DNA of 47,390 nt. Source: a virus. The notes below the pieces were generated by a model that saw only the letters and a list, made by a program, of their open reading frames with translations, did not search any database and was not told the origin of the DNA. The translations under genes were made by a program, and so were the position numbers. The stretch lies in UHGV virus genome UHGV-1361924; one strand, 5' to 3'. Shown one piece after another: positions 18,527 through 26,423 of this stretch (its first letter is position 1; each line of letters starts with the position of its first letter).

Positions 18527-19348
18527 ATGGCTATCAGATACGAAATTTTTACCACTCCGACTGATGGAGAGGTATTGTTGGGTGAAAGGATGTCACCTGA
18601 CTGGACGGCGCTACAGGTCAACGTTGTGCCACTGGATGCGTCAGGAAACTACACGCCATTCACAAGCGGCACGGTTGCTGTCAAGGTGTCACCCTTTGAT
18701 TCCGGCGATTACTGGATTGACGTCAACAATAATAATTATTATGGCGTCGCTTTGCGCCTGAAAATCGTCAAGAGTCAGTTACCAGCGGCAGTGGCATCAT
18801 TGCGCGTTCTCATCTGGCGCGCTGATATCGCACCACCGGCCAGCAGCCTTACTGTGCAATCATACATAGAGAGAGCCAATAAACAAGGCAAGCTGTTTAC
18901 CGCATCACGTCGTGTTGATGCGGTTGCAGGCTCCGCCAACCTCGATAGCATTTTCATCACCGGCGCTAAGCAAGTTATTTTTAATCAGCGCATTATCGGT
19001 TACACCGGCAAGGGTGTTATCGCGTCAATTTATCGCGGAGCGGTTGCGACTGGCGGAACGGCTGCGGAGATAAACAACCCCAACGATATAACGCCGCAAG
19101 CAGTTACCGCGCAGCTCCTGACCGGCGCTACAGTGACAAGCATCGGCCAGCTAACCATTGCGGCGGCGTATAGTGAAGGTAACGCATCGAATCAGGGGCA
19201 AGGTAATTCGCAGGCCATATTGGGTGAACGCGTTATCATGGCACCAAACACCACGTATCTTCTGCGCATCACGTCGCTTGACACAGCAGCACAAAACATT
19301 AACGCCTATGTGTCCTGGTTTGAGGATGATACTTATATCAATGGGTAA
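18527..19348 (+). CDS. putative structural protein (273 aa), Ala/Thr/Gly-rich
   Basis: late-region ORF, start ATG 18527. Confidence 0.45.
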   Translation: MAIRYEIFTTPTDGEVLLGERMSPDWTALQVNVVPLDASGNYTPFTSGTVAVKVSPFDSGDYWIDVNNNNYYGVALRLKIVKSQLPAAVASLRVLIWRADIAPPASSLTVQSYIERANKQGKLFTASRRVDAVAGSANLDSIFITGAKQVIFNQRIIGYTGKGVIASIYRGAVATGGTAAEINNPNDITPQAVTAQLLTGATVTSIGQLTIAAAYSEGNASNQGQGNSQAILGERVIMAPNTTYLLRITSLDTAAQNINAYVSWFEDDTYING

Positions 19349-19352
19349 ATGA

Positions 19353-19378
19353 TAAAGCCCCGTGAGGGGCTTATTTGC
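19353..19378. terminator. bidirectional terminator
   Basis: aagcccc-gtga-ggggctt. Confidence 0.6.
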
Positions 19379-19571
19379 GATTCTTAATATAATGCTGCTT
19401 TGCAATATACAGCATCTCATCAAACGCTTTTCCGGTTACACTACGGCACTGTCGGTAATGCTGCAAAGCAGCCTCAATGGCTGAATTGTCAATGCCAGGC
19501 AGTTTTTCGCGCAGGTTTTTCTCTATGAATTGTTCGGGATTCATTACCAACTCTCCACCACGTTTGCGCAT
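19371..19571 (-). CDS. hypothetical protein
   Basis: 66 aa. Confidence 0.4.
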   Translation of the reverse strand: MRKRGGELVMNPEQFIEKNLREKLPGIDNSAIEAALQHYRQCRSVTGKAFDEMLYIAKQHYIKNRK

Positions 19572-19741
19572 TCATCATAAAATAAGAAATGCCTTGTTTT
19601 TTCTTCGTAACGCTTCATTTCAAACGCGATTATGTCCTCCTGATAGTGAATTTTCTCCACCTGGCGAGCCACTCCGTCTCGCATTAGGATGTGATCGCCT
19701 TCTTTTATGTTTTTTGCAGCAGTGCCAATTGTAATCATCAC
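19544..19741 (-). CDS. hypothetical protein
   Basis: 65 aa. Confidence 0.4.
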   Translation of the reverse strand: MMITIGTAAKNIKEGDHILMRDGVARQVEKIHYQEDIIAFEMKRYEEKTRHFLFYDECANVVESW

Positions 19742-20553
19742 AGCTTCTCCAGAATCGCCAGCACTTCACTCAACTCCGCAGAAGGAAGGCGCAAAAATTC
19801 TTCTGTCTCCTGTGCCACATGGCCCTCAGCGACAACCATGTGATCTGCTTCTTTCAGCAACTGAATCAGGCGGTCAATCGGCTTAACTTTTTTGGCTTTG
19901 AGCGTTTTCGCCGTCACCTTATCCTTGCCTTGCGCTTTCGCTTCCTCAACGGCAGCATCAATAACGTTAACGGCATCATCGCCATGCTCGCGCGCCACTG
20001 CAACGGCGTTGGCATAGCTGATTTGTCCTGCATTGATGCGCTGCTTGATGGCATCAGGTACATCACCAAGTGACAGGTGCATCTGCACATCAGAAACAGA
20101 GCGGCCGACCTTCTTGGCGATTTCTTCATTCGTCCATCCAAAACCTTTCAGGCGCACATAAGCCTTTGCACGCTCAAGCGGGTCAAGCTGCTTGCCCTGA
20201 CTGGATGACACCATGAAGGCGATTTTATCCGCTTCATCGCCGGTGAAGTCTTTGCACTCAATGCGCGCAATTGGTACGCCGCGCTCAATGGCACGCAATG
20301 CGCCAAGGTAGCGATGCTGACCATCAAGAATCTTGATGCGCTTACCATCGGCATCAGGAATAACAGTTAATGCCGGGATTGGCTGCCCCGATTCCCAGCA
20401 CTGCGCGAAGTATTCGACGTGCGCAGGGTCGGCGTCGCGGATGTTGTATCCAGGCTCAAGGTAAAGCTGGTCCACAGGAACCTGATAACCCTTGTTAACC
20501 ACGATTCCGCCGCGAGTCTCTTTGTCTGCATAAATTTTATTGAGAGATGTCAT
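19738..20553 (-). CDS. ParB N-terminal-domain (ParB/Srx nuclease-like) protein
   Basis: KILDGQHRYLGALRA motif; C-terminal K/A-rich region. Confidence 0.7.
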   Translation of the reverse strand: MTSLNKIYADKETRGGIVVNKGYQVPVDQLYLEPGYNIRDADPAHVEYFAQCWESGQPIPALTVIPDADGKRIKILDGQHRYLGALRAIERGVPIARIECKDFTGDEADKIAFMVSSSQGKQLDPLERAKAYVRLKGFGWTNEEIAKKVGRSVSDVQMHLSLGDVPDAIKQRINAGQISYANAVAVAREHGDDAVNVIDAAVEEAKAQGKDKVTAKTLKAKKVKPIDRLIQLLKEADHMVVAEGHVAQETEEFLRLPSAELSEVLAILEKL

Positions 20554-20562
20554 TTATTCCTC

Positions 20563-20677
20563 ACTTTGATAAACATATTGCGCTTGCAATTGCAAAGCCG
20601 ATAACGATTAACACAAGTTTTACTTTAAACTTACCCCATGCTTTCAGGTCTTGCTGACGGATTTCGTGGCGAATCAT
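20563..20677 (-). CDS. small membrane peptide (38 aa)
   Basis: ATGA coupling to upstream gene; C-terminal TM. Confidence 0.3.
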
Positions 20678-21012
20678 TTGGTTTCTCCGAGCGCTTTGGC
20701 GATTGCGGCACGCGCTTTGTCATATGGGCACATGCATGTAAAACCATTGTGGCCGCATGACTTATTACCACCTGTTTGCTCAGCCATTAATAATTGAAGT
20801 GCTTCCAGCAATTCAGGTGCGGCTGCTATCAGATTGGCATTAGCTACTTGAATTTCTATCTCCGGATCAAACTCAACATAAGCCACTTCAATTATCATCC
20901 CAAAACTTTGGTCATCAAGACCACTGACAGGGCCGATGCCCCTTCCAGTCTTGCTTGCCACCCACGGCCCCGGCGTACCTTTAAAACCTTTCATCTTCAT
21001 CACCTCTAACAT
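20674..21012 (-). CDS. hypothetical protein with conserved C-terminal NANLIAAAPELLEAL motif
   Basis: 112 aa; first gene of minus operon. Confidence 0.5.
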   Translation of the reverse strand: MLEVMKMKGFKGTPGPWVASKTGRGIGPVSGLDDQSFGMIIEVAYVEFDPEIEIQVANANLIAAAPELLEALQLLMAEQTGGNKSCGHNGFTCMCPYDKARAAIAKALGETK

Positions 21013-21028
21013 TTATTGTTGTTTCTAC

Positions 21029-21079
21029 GTCATCACTATAGCGACACCCTCAATCTACGTCAACACTTTATGATAAAAT
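21029..21079. promoter_or_regulatory. divergent promoters: minus TTGACG-17-TATAGT ; plus motif TCAATCTACGTCAACA + extended -10 TGATAAAAT
   Basis: seen directly; 30-bp block shared with 9440..9470. Confidence 0.6.
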
Positions 21080-21224
21080 TAAACCAACAACACTCACCCC
21101 GCGCTGTTCCGTCCTGAAAAACGTAAGGCGGCGAAATTGGATATAGCAATCGGCGTTATCGTCATAGCGTTTTCGCTGGTTCAGGTGTACAGATGCTGGA
21201 AGTTCATCATTCGGAGAATAATTA

Positions 21225-21512
21225 ATGAGAGACGCGCTTCAGCACGCCGCAAACCAGATAATTAGTGGCACTGTCGGCCAGGTAATCGACAAGGCCGGTT
21301 ATACATCCATCGGCACTGGTCTTGGCCTGAAGGTGGCAGAGCAGACGCCGGTCGCACAATCATACATTGCCTCAATGATCCCCCATTCGATTACCGAGTG
21401 GGCAGCGGTAGCCTCTATACTTGGCGCGCTGTCACTGGTGGCAAAAAACCTTTTTGAGATGTGGTGGAAGATTCGGGAGAGCAAAAAGAATGGCAGCACC
21501 GACAGCAAGTGA
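21225..21512 (+). CDS. hypothetical protein with one TM segment
   Basis: 95 aa. Confidence 0.45.
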   Translation: MRDALQHAANQIISGTVGQVIDKAGYTSIGTGLGLKVAEQTPVAQSYIASMIPHSITEWAAVASILGALSLVAKNLFEMWWKIRESKKNGSTDSK

Positions 21513-21882
21513 ACTCGTCGCCGCCATGGCGTCAAGAGGCGTAACTATCACCACGGCAGATGCAACTGGCATCCTGTGTCTGGTAGCGAGCATCACAGAG
21601 TGCCTTGAACTTAATTACCCTGAAGACACATGCAGACAGGATGCAATTCTGCTATGGGCATCCATCCTGATCGCCTCAAATACAGCCGGGAGATACATCA
21701 CCAGCCACCGGGCGCCATCTGGTGCGTCGCAATCATTTGGCTATGGAAGCAAGCCGTGGATGGCCCTTTACAATCAGATGAAGCTACTCGATACGGCAGA
21801 CTGCACAGGAGACCTTGTGGAAGAGCCTGATGGAAGTGCAAAGCCGTGGTTTCGGGTTGTTACCGGGAGTAAGTGCAGATGA
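21490..21882 (+). CDS. putative head-tail connector/neck protein
   Basis: position in neck module; start at ATG 21490 with GGGAGAG RBS. Confidence 0.4.
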   Translation: MAAPTASELVAAMASRGVTITTADATGILCLVASITECLELNYPEDTCRQDAILLWASILIASNTAGRYITSHRAPSGASQSFGYGSKPWMALYNQMKLLDTADCTGDLVEEPDGSAKPWFRVVTGSKCR

Positions 21883-22000
21883 AAACGTCAACATTAACTG
21901 TAAATATCGAAATCCGTAAATGGTGCATGCCGTTGCTGATTATCCTGGTATTGCTGCGCCTTCCTGTTCCACGCTGGGTTTATACTCTTGAGGCCGCACC

Positions 22001-22345
22001 ATGTCAGCAATAGCCAGATGGACTTACACATATCCATGCACAATCTGGCGGCTTACTGGCAAGGATAAGTATGGCAAGCCAACATTTGCCGCGCCAGAAT
22101 CCATCATGTGTGATTATGGCTTCGATAAGAATCTGACAACTGGCACAGCTGGCAATGAGATTGCACAGAAAAACACATTCTGGACGGAGTATCAGGATGC
22201 GTCTGTTGGCGACTTCATCATGCTTGGCACCGTCACAAGTGCTGACCCTCTAGCCGCCGGAGCTGACCAGATTAGAAACGTAGTGAATTACGGCAACACA
22301 CTAAATCGTAACGACCTTCCTGATTTTGCGCTGGTAACGGGGTAA
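22001..22345 (+). CDS. putative head-tail adaptor/head closure protein
   Basis: 114 aa, position. Confidence 0.4.
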   Translation: MSAIARWTYTYPCTIWRLTGKDKYGKPTFAAPESIMCDYGFDKNLTTGTAGNEIAQKNTFWTEYQDASVGDFIMLGTVTSADPLAAGADQIRNVVNYGNTLNRNDLPDFALVTG

Positions 22346-22449
22346 TGTATGAGCAGAAGAGAGAGACTTTTGAAGTGCGCGCAGCTTAATCTTGACTTGA
22401 TGCGGTTAGGTGTCAAACCCATCTGGCAACTGCATTACTGGATGAAATA

Positions 22450-22866
22450 ATGGCCGCCAAAATGCGAGGTATCCAGCAGGCGATTAAGCGCACTCAGCAG
22501 ATAGTCGGCGAGATTACTGGCGAGAAGGCGGTATCAGCAATAAAAGCCGCCAACTACATCATCAGGACTGAATCGGCGTCTATGACTCCAGTAGCTACAT
22601 CGGCGCTGATAAACAGCCAGTATGACACCGTTGAGGTTAATGGCACTCGCATAACCGGCAAGATTGGATATGCTGCTAATTACGCCCTGTATGTCCACAA
22701 TGCACCAGGTAAATTGCTTGGCACGAATACGCCGCGCACAGGACGACTCAAAGGAAAGGGTAACGTGTGGGATAAAAGCGGCGAGCCTAAATTCCTTCTC
22801 AAGGCTGGCGAAAACACACGCGAGCTTGTCGATCAGGTAATTAAAAAAGAGATGACGCTAAAATGA
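22450..22866 (+). CDS. putative neck/tail completion protein
   Basis: 138 aa, position. Confidence 0.4.
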   Translation: MAAKMRGIQQAIKRTQQIVGEITGEKAVSAIKAANYIIRTESASMTPVATSALINSQYDTVEVNGTRITGKIGYAANYALYVHNAPGKLLGTNTPRTGRLKGKGNVWDKSGEPKFLLKAGENTRELVDQVIKKEMTLK

Positions 22867-23246
22867 GAGATATGCTTGAGCTTGTTGACCAGTACCTTAG
22901 CGATGCCGGTCTTTATGATGGGTGGACTTCTCAGCTTGAGTTCTGGAATGATACCGAAGTTGGCACAGATCGGTTTATGGTGCTGCAATCCAATGGCGGC
23001 ACGAACGTAAGCAAAGACCTCGGCAATGATTATTATTTTTCGCTCTATGTTGTCGGCCAGCAGGGTCAGTACAACATCGAGGAGACAAAAGCAAAAGCGC
23101 TTGATGTCATCTCATATATCAAAGAGCATCCCGTTGATAGTTGCATTGGCATGATTCAGTTGCAGGCGCCGCTTGGTCGTCCAACACTCACTACAGAGCA
23201 GAGACCGGTTTACGAGTTGTTTCTGAGGGTTGTTTTTGGTGAGTGA
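22863..23246 (+). CDS. putative tail terminator protein
   Basis: 127 aa, last gene before tail genes; ATGA coupling. Confidence 0.4.
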   Translation: MRDMLELVDQYLSDAGLYDGWTSQLEFWNDTEVGTDRFMVLQSNGGTNVSKDLGNDYYFSLYVVGQQGQYNIEETKAKALDVISYIKEHPVDSCIGMIQLQAPLGRPTLTTEQRPVYELFLRVVFGE

Positions 23247-23323
23247 TGGTTCCCGCGACAGGATTCGAACCTGTAATCATCCGATTATGAGTCGGGTGCT
23301 TTAACCAGTTAAGCTAAACGGGA
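23247..23323 (-). tRNA. tRNA-Met (anticodon CAT; could be initiator/elongator or Ile2-type)
   Basis: revcomp gives T-loop GGTTCGAATCC, D-stem GCTT/AAGC, anticodon loop CTCATAA, encoded CCA; two stem mismatches (7-66, 27-43). Confidence 0.6.
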
Positions 23324-23326
23324 ATT

Positions 23327-23403
23327 TGGTGCACCATACTGGATTCGAACCAGTTACCGATTGCTTAGAAGGCAATTGCTCTATCCTGATGAGCTAATGG
23401 TGC
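23327..23403 (-). tRNA. tRNA-Arg (anticodon TCT)
   Basis: perfect cloverleaf: acceptor GCACCAT/ATGGTGC, D-stem GCTC/GAGC, AC-stem ATTGC/GCAAT loop CTTCTAA, T-arm ACTGG-TTCGAAT-CCAGT, CCA encoded. Confidence 0.8.
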
Positions 23404-23877
23404 GTTTATTGTTGTGGTGGCAGCACACCTAGCCGCACGTTTTCAGTAAAGTTACATCAGGTGATCAGTCTGACGCTGTTAGGGCGTGAGATTTATGCCC
23501 CGCATTCACCACAACGGAAAGAGCACTGCCTAGATACTAGGTCCATTTCCTAACGGAAAATTCAATGCTCTTACCTGTTGTGTGTTGTGACTACTAACCC
23601 AGGAACCCATTACCGCGCTTTGGCTCGACCTTTTTACAGGTTGGTGAATGTATTTCATCCGCTTGCATTCATATGTTTTGCTTTCGTCACAACGGAAATG
23701 GCGCTACACTTTGCTTCGTACTCTGTGGCAATCATGTCCACTATGTAAACCTGCAACGCCATTTCCTGTTATGTGCTGGCGTCTCACATTAACAGTAAAC
23801 CGAATGCCACCTGTTAATGTCCCTGCATTCTGCGACCAGCAAAGTAAATCTACACCACCATTCCGCGCCTGTCAACA

Positions 23878-23886
23878 TGATATAAT
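23878..23886 (+). promoter_or_regulatory. extended -10 promoter TGaTATAAT for tail genes
   Basis: catgatataat 35 nt upstream of ATG 23921. Confidence 0.55.
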
Positions 23887-23920
23887 ACGATTGTTTAGCT
23901 AAACACAGAGGATTCTAAAC

Positions 23921-24676
23921 ATGGCTATTTGTGCAAATGACAACGGCATCATCACAGGTCGCCAGTCGCTCATTGAGCTGGCTGATGGCTGCTGGGATGC
24001 CGTTCCCGCAGAGGAAGACTGGAAGTTTTTCGCCCCTATGACATCGAAAGGGGTCGACTTCAGCCCGAGCACCACTACTTCAGAAGCCGATGATGGCGAT
24101 GGTTTTGTTGCCACTCTGGTAACGACTGCTGACCTGACCATTTCTGGAGACTTCGAGGTACGCAAGGCTGACAAAGCTGATGAGTATGGCGTGCATAACC
24201 TCATCAAATACTTTGTAACCGAAGTTAAAGCGCGTCGTCAGCCGTCTGTCTGGGTTCGTCAGACCACCGGTAACACCGTTGTTGTGGCCTACTGCAACAT
24301 CACCGCGCTGAGCTATGACGGCGGCACCAACGACATCATCACCGGCTCTGTTGAGTTCAAGCCGTATGATGGTTCCACCGTTGACGTGTCCAGCATTGAA
24401 GACCTGACGCTGACTACCGATATCGCCGCCACACTTAGCGTTGCGACTGGTGCAACTCTGACGCTTGGCCCGGTTGTCGCCGCTGGCGGTGTTGAGCCTT
24501 ACACTTATCAGTGGTACAAAGGCACATCTCCGATTAGTGGCGCAACTTCTGCCACATATACCAAGGCAACCGCCGCTGCTGGTGATGCTGGCACGTACTT
24601 CTGCCGCGTTACTGACTCAGCAACCAGTCCTGATTACGTTGACTCCACCAAGTGTGTTGTTACCGTTACGGCATAA
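23921..24676 (+). CDS. major tail protein with C-terminal Ig-like (Big_2-type) domain
   Basis: 251 aa; C-terminal YQWYKGTSPISGATSATYTKA...GTYFCRVTD Ig-like motif. Confidence 0.7.
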   Translation: MAICANDNGIITGRQSLIELADGCWDAVPAEEDWKFFAPMTSKGVDFSPSTTTSEADDGDGFVATLVTTADLTISGDFEVRKADKADEYGVHNLIKYFVTEVKARRQPSVWVRQTTGNTVVVAYCNITALSYDGGTNDIITGSVEFKPYDGSTVDVSSIEDLTLTTDIAATLSVATGATLTLGPVVAAGGVEPYTYQWYKGTSPISGATSATYTKATAAAGDAGTYFCRVTDSATSPDYVDSTKCVVTVTA

Positions 24677-24677
24677 A

Positions 24678-24705
24678 GAAAACCCCCGAAAGGGGGTTTA
24701 TAGTT
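24678..24705. terminator. bidirectional terminator
   Basis: aaaccccc-gaa-agggggttt. Confidence 0.7.
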
Positions 24706-24886
24706 TATGTGGAACAAGTTTATATTGTTTGGTCTTTTTGCATTTATCACACGTTACGAATCGCCGGGTAAATGCATATCCATTCTGTCCAGCCATTGGG
24801 GCGCCGCAGGCAGCCAGGTTATCATTGCGCCCACTCTCAACATGAATTTTTTTACCTGCATACGGGTGTCCATTACTCATCATCAT
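24698..24886 (-). CDS. small zinc-ribbon-like protein
   Basis: start at MMMSNG; CxxC...CDKC. Confidence 0.4.
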   Translation of the reverse strand: MMMSNGHPYAGKKIHVESGRNDNLAACGAPMAGQNGYAFTRRFVTCDKCKKTKQYKLVPHKL

Positions 24887-25148
24887 CCTCCTCACTAATC
24901 GCAGTATCGAGTTGACGGCGAAGCATACACAGCGCGCCATGCGGCATAAACTGTGAAACCATTCCGTCGAATATCTGGCGGTTTAATTTATTATCAATGC
25001 GCGGCCTGATTGCAGACCAGCATGACCGTATAGCGCGATTAACCGGACGGCGGTCGAGCATTGCGAGTCGCGCAGCTAGCTCAATAGTCACGAGTGCATC
25101 AAGATACTGCTCACAGGCGTAGCGGCCTTCATCATCCATTATTATCAT
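24873..25148 (-). CDS. hypothetical acidic protein
   Basis: 91 aa. Confidence 0.4.
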   Translation of the reverse strand: MIIMDDEGRYACEQYLDALVTIELAARLAMLDRRPVNRAIRSCWSAIRPRIDNKLNRQIFDGMVSQFMPHGALCMLRRQLDTAISEEDDDE

Positions 25149-25259
25149 CCTGCATCATGAGAAATACTATCATGGCGGCGCGGAGTGGGTTTTTATGGTT
25201 CATGCGATGCTTAACATATGCAGGCTTGAATTGCGCTCGCCATGTTTTCTCGTGCCTGT

Positions 25260-25487
25260 TCACCACAATACATTCCAGAGAAATGCCATTATTAACAATA
25301 ATCGGCCATGCATCTGCTGGGTTGTTGCATGGGTCAAATTTACACTTAAATTCCCGTTATCAAAAAAGAAAAAACCATCGTTATTAATATGCGCAAGCCC
25401 ACCATTTTGGCAAAAATCATTACTAAGCCAAAAGAATACTTTTTGCGCAACTTCTATATCACTCATCTTGCTGTAATCAGTGCTCAT
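25260..25487 (-). CDS. hypothetical protein
   Basis: 75 aa; crosses T-homopolymer. Confidence 0.35.
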   Translation of the reverse strand: MSTDYSKMSDIEVAQKVFFWLSNDFCQNGGLAHINNDGFFFFDNGNLSVNLTHATTQQMHGRLLLIMAFLWNVLW

Positions 25488-25618
25488 CTCTTATCCTCCA
25501 CCACTACGCCAATCTTAGCCAGCAACAAAATCGCCTTTACGCGGGCCTCTTCATAGGTGTAACCCTGATCGATGTAAAGGTCGATGTAAAATCTCAAATC
25601 AGAATCAGTCTCGTTCAT
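25486..25618 (-). CDS. small ORF (43 aa), first gene of minus moron operon
   Basis: ATGA coupling. Confidence 0.3.
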
Positions 25619-25647
25619 ATGTCAAACCCTCAATCACCTTATGCTTT

Positions 25648-25687
25648 CAATCTACGTCAGTCTTGCTCTCCCTGTCAATGGTATAAT
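25648..25687. promoter_or_regulatory. promoter: TCAATCTACGTCAG motif + extended -10 TGgTATAAT (plus); TGACG -35-like on minus
   Basis: seen directly. Confidence 0.5.
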
Positions 25688-25715
25688 TACGTCATTATGA
25701 AAACAGGATTTAGAC

Positions 25716-26423
25716 ATGAGACAACGCACACCGCTAACAGAAATCGGAGAGATGCGCATCTACCTGGATGACAAGTCTTTTTTCTTCAAACCATCATTTG
25801 CGGCGATGAATGAGCTTGGCTCACCAAAAGAGATTGTCGAGCTGTACGTTACGCTTAATGGCTATGAATACGCGGCCATACTCGGCGCCATTCAGTCAAT
25901 GCCATATGGCGCGCAGATTCAGGTGGCAAAAATCCTGTCACGTCCTGCCTATGGTAAGAAAGTGCTCAGCGCCGCCTGCCTCATCATGCAGTCCTGTTGT
26001 GATGATGATATCTCGGTGCTCATTGGGTCATGGAAGCCGACTCCGCGCGGTGTGAAGTACGTCACCGGAAGAATGCCAGTAAATGACATTATTATTATTG
26101 CTCGCAACCTGATGGAGCATGGCATCATCGGCAAGTCTCCACTCAAGGTTCCTCAGCGCTCGGAAAACCAAAAGCGCACAACCAGTGAGTTGAGAATGTC
26201 GGATTACATCATCTCAGCTCGCACTCACTTCGGAATCACCCGTGAGGAAGCCGAAGACCTGACCATGACCGAGTATCAGCAGATGATAAAATCAAAATAC
26301 CCGGAACCGGAAGGCATGACGCGCGAGCAGTATGATGCGTCTTATGAACGGGCTAAGCTGAATAAACAGAAACTGAAAGAGAAAGCCGCCAGAAAGGCCG
26401 CTAAAAGCAAAGGAGCAAAATAA
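25716..26423 (+). CDS. tail assembly chaperone (no frameshift site identified)
   Basis: position between major tail and tape measure; K-rich C-terminus; ATGG overlap with TMP start. Confidence 0.5.
   Translation: MRQRTPLTEIGEMRIYLDDKSFFFKPSFAAMNELGSPKEIVELYVTLNGYEYAAILGAIQSMPYGAQIQVAKILSRPAYGKKVLSAACLIMQSCCDDDISVLIGSWKPTPRGVKYVTGRMPVNDIIIIARNLMEHGIIGKSPLKVPQRSENQKRTTSELRMSDYIISARTHFGITREEAEDLTMTEYQQMIKSKYPEPEGMTREQYDASYERAKLNKQKLKEKAARKAAKSKGAK

Noticed and set aside
23648-23902. 84-codon plus-strand ORF upstream of the major tail gene
   Set aside because: Composition is not protein-like (Cys/Arg/Leu-rich with a low-complexity feel) and there is no RBS. It lies in a repeat-containing leader and is more likely non-coding.
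25260-25487. Possible frameshift or pseudogene at the T6CT6 homopolymer (25364..25378), where another frame stays open for about 80 codons
   Set aside because: Frame-by-frame reading shows the upstream ORF simply terminates at TGA overlapping a GTG start (GTGA). That GTG opens a 45-codon ORF whose stop overlaps the next gene's ATG. This is a coupled series of small ORFs and no frameshift is needed.
25716-26423. Programmed -1 frameshift (G/GT-type) in the tail assembly chaperone
   Set aside because: No slippery heptamer with a downstream open alternative frame was found. The ORF runs uninterrupted to the tape measure start. It is kept as a single-ORF chaperone with low confidence.
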